A stretch of 28,904 nucleotides of DNA from Thermoplasmatales archaeon SW_10_69_26 (GTDB taxonomy: Archaea; Thermoplasmatota; SW-10-69-26). The stretch is taken from contig PXUB01000031.1 of NCBI GenBank assembly GCA_003009755.1, forward strand, positions 1 through 28,904. Reading direction: 5' to 3'. The first letter of the stretch is position 1; each line of letters opens with the position of its first letter. Made by a program: the position numbers and the translations under genes. The notes beneath the pieces are model-generated. The model did no database searches and had not been told where the DNA came from. It saw only the letters and a program-made list of their open reading frames with translations. This document shows positions 27,224 through 28,904 of this stretch, one piece after another.

Positions 27224-27805
27224 ATGCCCTTCGGCGTCTCGCAGGATTTCCTGAACCGGCTCGACGAGGGACAACGGCGAGGCTTGCTCGCGTTGATCCC
27301 ACTCACGCTCGCCGGCCTAACCGGCGGCTTCGTCGCCGAGATGCTCGACCCCGGCCGCGTGGGGGCCTTCGTCTGGTCGTACGCAGGTAGCTTGGTCGCC
27401 GGGCTGGCCATCGGTGGCCTCGTCGGCTGGCGCGTCGTCCAGACGTGGGGCCAGAGCCTGCGCGAGAGCTGGACCGACTGGATGCACTCGGCGATCGGTG
27501 CCCCCGACATCGGCGAGACCGCCCAGCGCGCCGGCGCCCGCCACGTCACGATCGGTCGCGCCACCGGCGCGGGGCTCGTGGCCGCCAACGCCGCCGTCCT
27601 GATCGCCGCCTGGTTCCAGCTGCCGGCCTTCGCGCTGCTCGACGTTTACGGGGCCTTCGCCATCCTCACCGTCGCCGCCACCGGCCTGGCTATCGGAGCC
27701 CGGGCCGCGATCGGGCTCGCCGAAGCCTGGTGGTGCCGGGAGATCGAGGATCAGACGATGGACCTCGTCCGCGAGGGTCGTGTCGGGGTCTGGGGGATGC
27801 GGTGA
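27224..27805 (+). CDS. Hypothetical membrane protein (about 4 TM)
   Basis: Four hydrophobic segments, host-like codon usage, AT-rich box upstream. Confidence 0.7.
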   Translation: MPFGVSQDFLNRLDEGQRRGLLALIPLTLAGLTGGFVAEMLDPGRVGAFVWSYAGSLVAGLAIGGLVGWRVVQTWGQSLRESWTDWMHSAIGAPDIGETAQRAGARHVTIGRATGAGLVAANAAVLIAAWFQLPAFALLDVYGAFAILTVAATGLAIGARAAIGLAEAWWCREIEDQTMDLVREGRVGVWGMR

Positions 27806-27832
27806 CGGAGGCGTGGGACCTGGGCTTATCAC

Positions 27833-27846
27833 GAAACCCTTTAAAA
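27833..27846 (+). promoter_or_regulatory. BRE/TATA-like promoter of the small Zn-finger gene
   Basis: GAAACCCTTTAAAA about 36 bp upstream of the ATG at 27882. Confidence 0.6.
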
Positions 27847-27881
27847 CACGGCGCTGCTACAGTGCAACGCCGAGGTCTTTC

Positions 27882-28007
27882 ATGGTCGACCCTTGCCCAG
27901 AATGCGAGGAACGCGCCGTCGTCCCCATCCTGAATAACAAGTACAAGTGCAAGGAGTGCGACACGTACTTCGACTTGGCCGAACTGATGAAGTACAAGGA
28001 CAGTTGA
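27882..28007 (+). CDS. 41-aa one-domain zinc-finger microprotein (CPxC...CxxC)
   Basis: MVDPCPECEERAVVPILNNKYKCKECDTYFDLAELMKYKDS with its own TATA box. Confidence 0.75.
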   Translation: MVDPCPECEERAVVPILNNKYKCKECDTYFDLAELMKYKDS

Positions 28008-28107
28008 CGGCCGGGCCGGTTCCACCCGAAACAGGGGATGCACTGGACGTTACTTTCGGGTACCCTGGGATGCTTTTCATACGGGAGGACCCTCTGCCGG
28101 CAGGGAG

Positions 28108-28904
28108 GTGTTCCCGCTGCCCTCCGACGAGGACATCGCTTCCACCATCGAAGAACTCGCCCGGAAGCTCGACGACGTTGACGAAGACGAGATCCGCGAG
28201 GAGTTGCAACGCTACCTCGATCACGGGGTCCCCTTGCACCAAGCCAAGCGCGACCTCGAGCAGACCCTACCCCAGCAAAGCTCCGAGGCTGGGGGGTCCA
28301 CGGAACCGTCACCGACCGAGGACAAGCAGATCGGCGAGATCGGTATCGACGACGAGAACGTGAACGTGCGCGCCAAGGTCCTGTCCGTGACCGAGCGCGA
28401 GGTGACCGCCCGCGGCGAGGAGAAGACGATCTGGTCCGGCGAGCTCGGTGACGAGACCGGCGTCGTCGACTACACCTCCTGGCGCAACCTCGACATCGAG
28501 CCCGGCCAGGTGCTCGAGATCGAGGACGCCTACGTGACCGAGTGGCGGGACGCCCCCCAGATCAACGTCGGCGACCACGCCCAGGTCACCGAGATCGCCG
28601 ACGACATCGAGGTGCCCGCCGACGCCCGCACGCCCTCGACCTCCGACGCCGATGTCGGCGACCTCGAGGCCGGCATGAGCGCGGTGTCGGTGACCGGGCG
28701 CGTGCTGTCGAAGGACAGCCGCGAGGTCACCGTCCGCGGCGACCCCCAGACCCTCTGGGAAGGCGAGATCGCCGACGAGAGCGGCCGTATCCCCTACACC
28801 GCGTGGGAGGACTTCGACTTCGCCGAAGGCGACATCCTCACCATCGACAACGCCTACGTCCGCAGCTTCCGCGGCCTGCCCCAGCTCAACTTCGGCGACA
28901 ACGC
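28108..28904 (+). CDS. rpa: Replication protein A / single-stranded DNA-binding protein (3' partial)
   Basis: Open frame to the window end with two tandem OB folds (NVRAKVLSV...GELGDETGVVDYTSW; SVTGRVLS...GEIADESGRIPYTAW); start is GTG 28108 or CTG 28117 after GGAGGTG. Confidence 0.9.
   Translation, partial: MFPLPSDEDIASTIEELARKLDDVDEDEIREELQRYLDHGVPLHQAKRDLEQTLPQQSSEAGGSTEPSPTEDKQIGEIGIDDENVNVRAKVLSVTEREVTARGEEKTIWSGELGDETGVVDYTSWRNLDIEPGQVLEIEDAYVTEWRDAPQINVGDHAQVTEIADDIEVPADARTPSTSDADVGDLEAGMSAVSVTGRVLSKDSREVTVRGDPQTLWEGEIADESGRIPYTAWEDFDFAEGDILTIDNAYVRSFRGLPQLNFGDN

Overview
A GC-rich archaeal chromosomal segment with strongly acidic proteins. The gene content suggests a halophilic archaeon outside Halobacteria, possibly Thermoplasmatota (inference). 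Left to right it carries: the right end of an IS481-like element; an FG-GAP surface protein; rpl18a-pfdA-ftsY; a tandem Ig-like membrane protein; sepF; a family B DNA polymerase with a coupled HTH/TM gene; three uncharacterised His/Zn-rich membrane genes; DGGGP synthase (disrupted) and GGGP synthase; a vapBC module with two operators; a beta-helix surface protein; hbd-crt; a decayed islet (bacterial-type cfa remnant and amidinotransferase pseudogene); a mutase B12 subunit-meaB-SEC59-like kinase operon; a contiguous trpEGDCFBA operon with a broken trpC; a 41-aa Zn-finger gene; and the 5' part of rpa. The most notable observations are a ~115-120 bp MITE-like repeat at two insertion sites, clean deletions that remove catalytic motifs from trpC and DGGGP synthase, an in-frame MVSWW leader with TRP-box-like sites before trpE, and a structured intergenic region upstream of sepF. 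No rRNA, tRNA or CRISPR array was seen.
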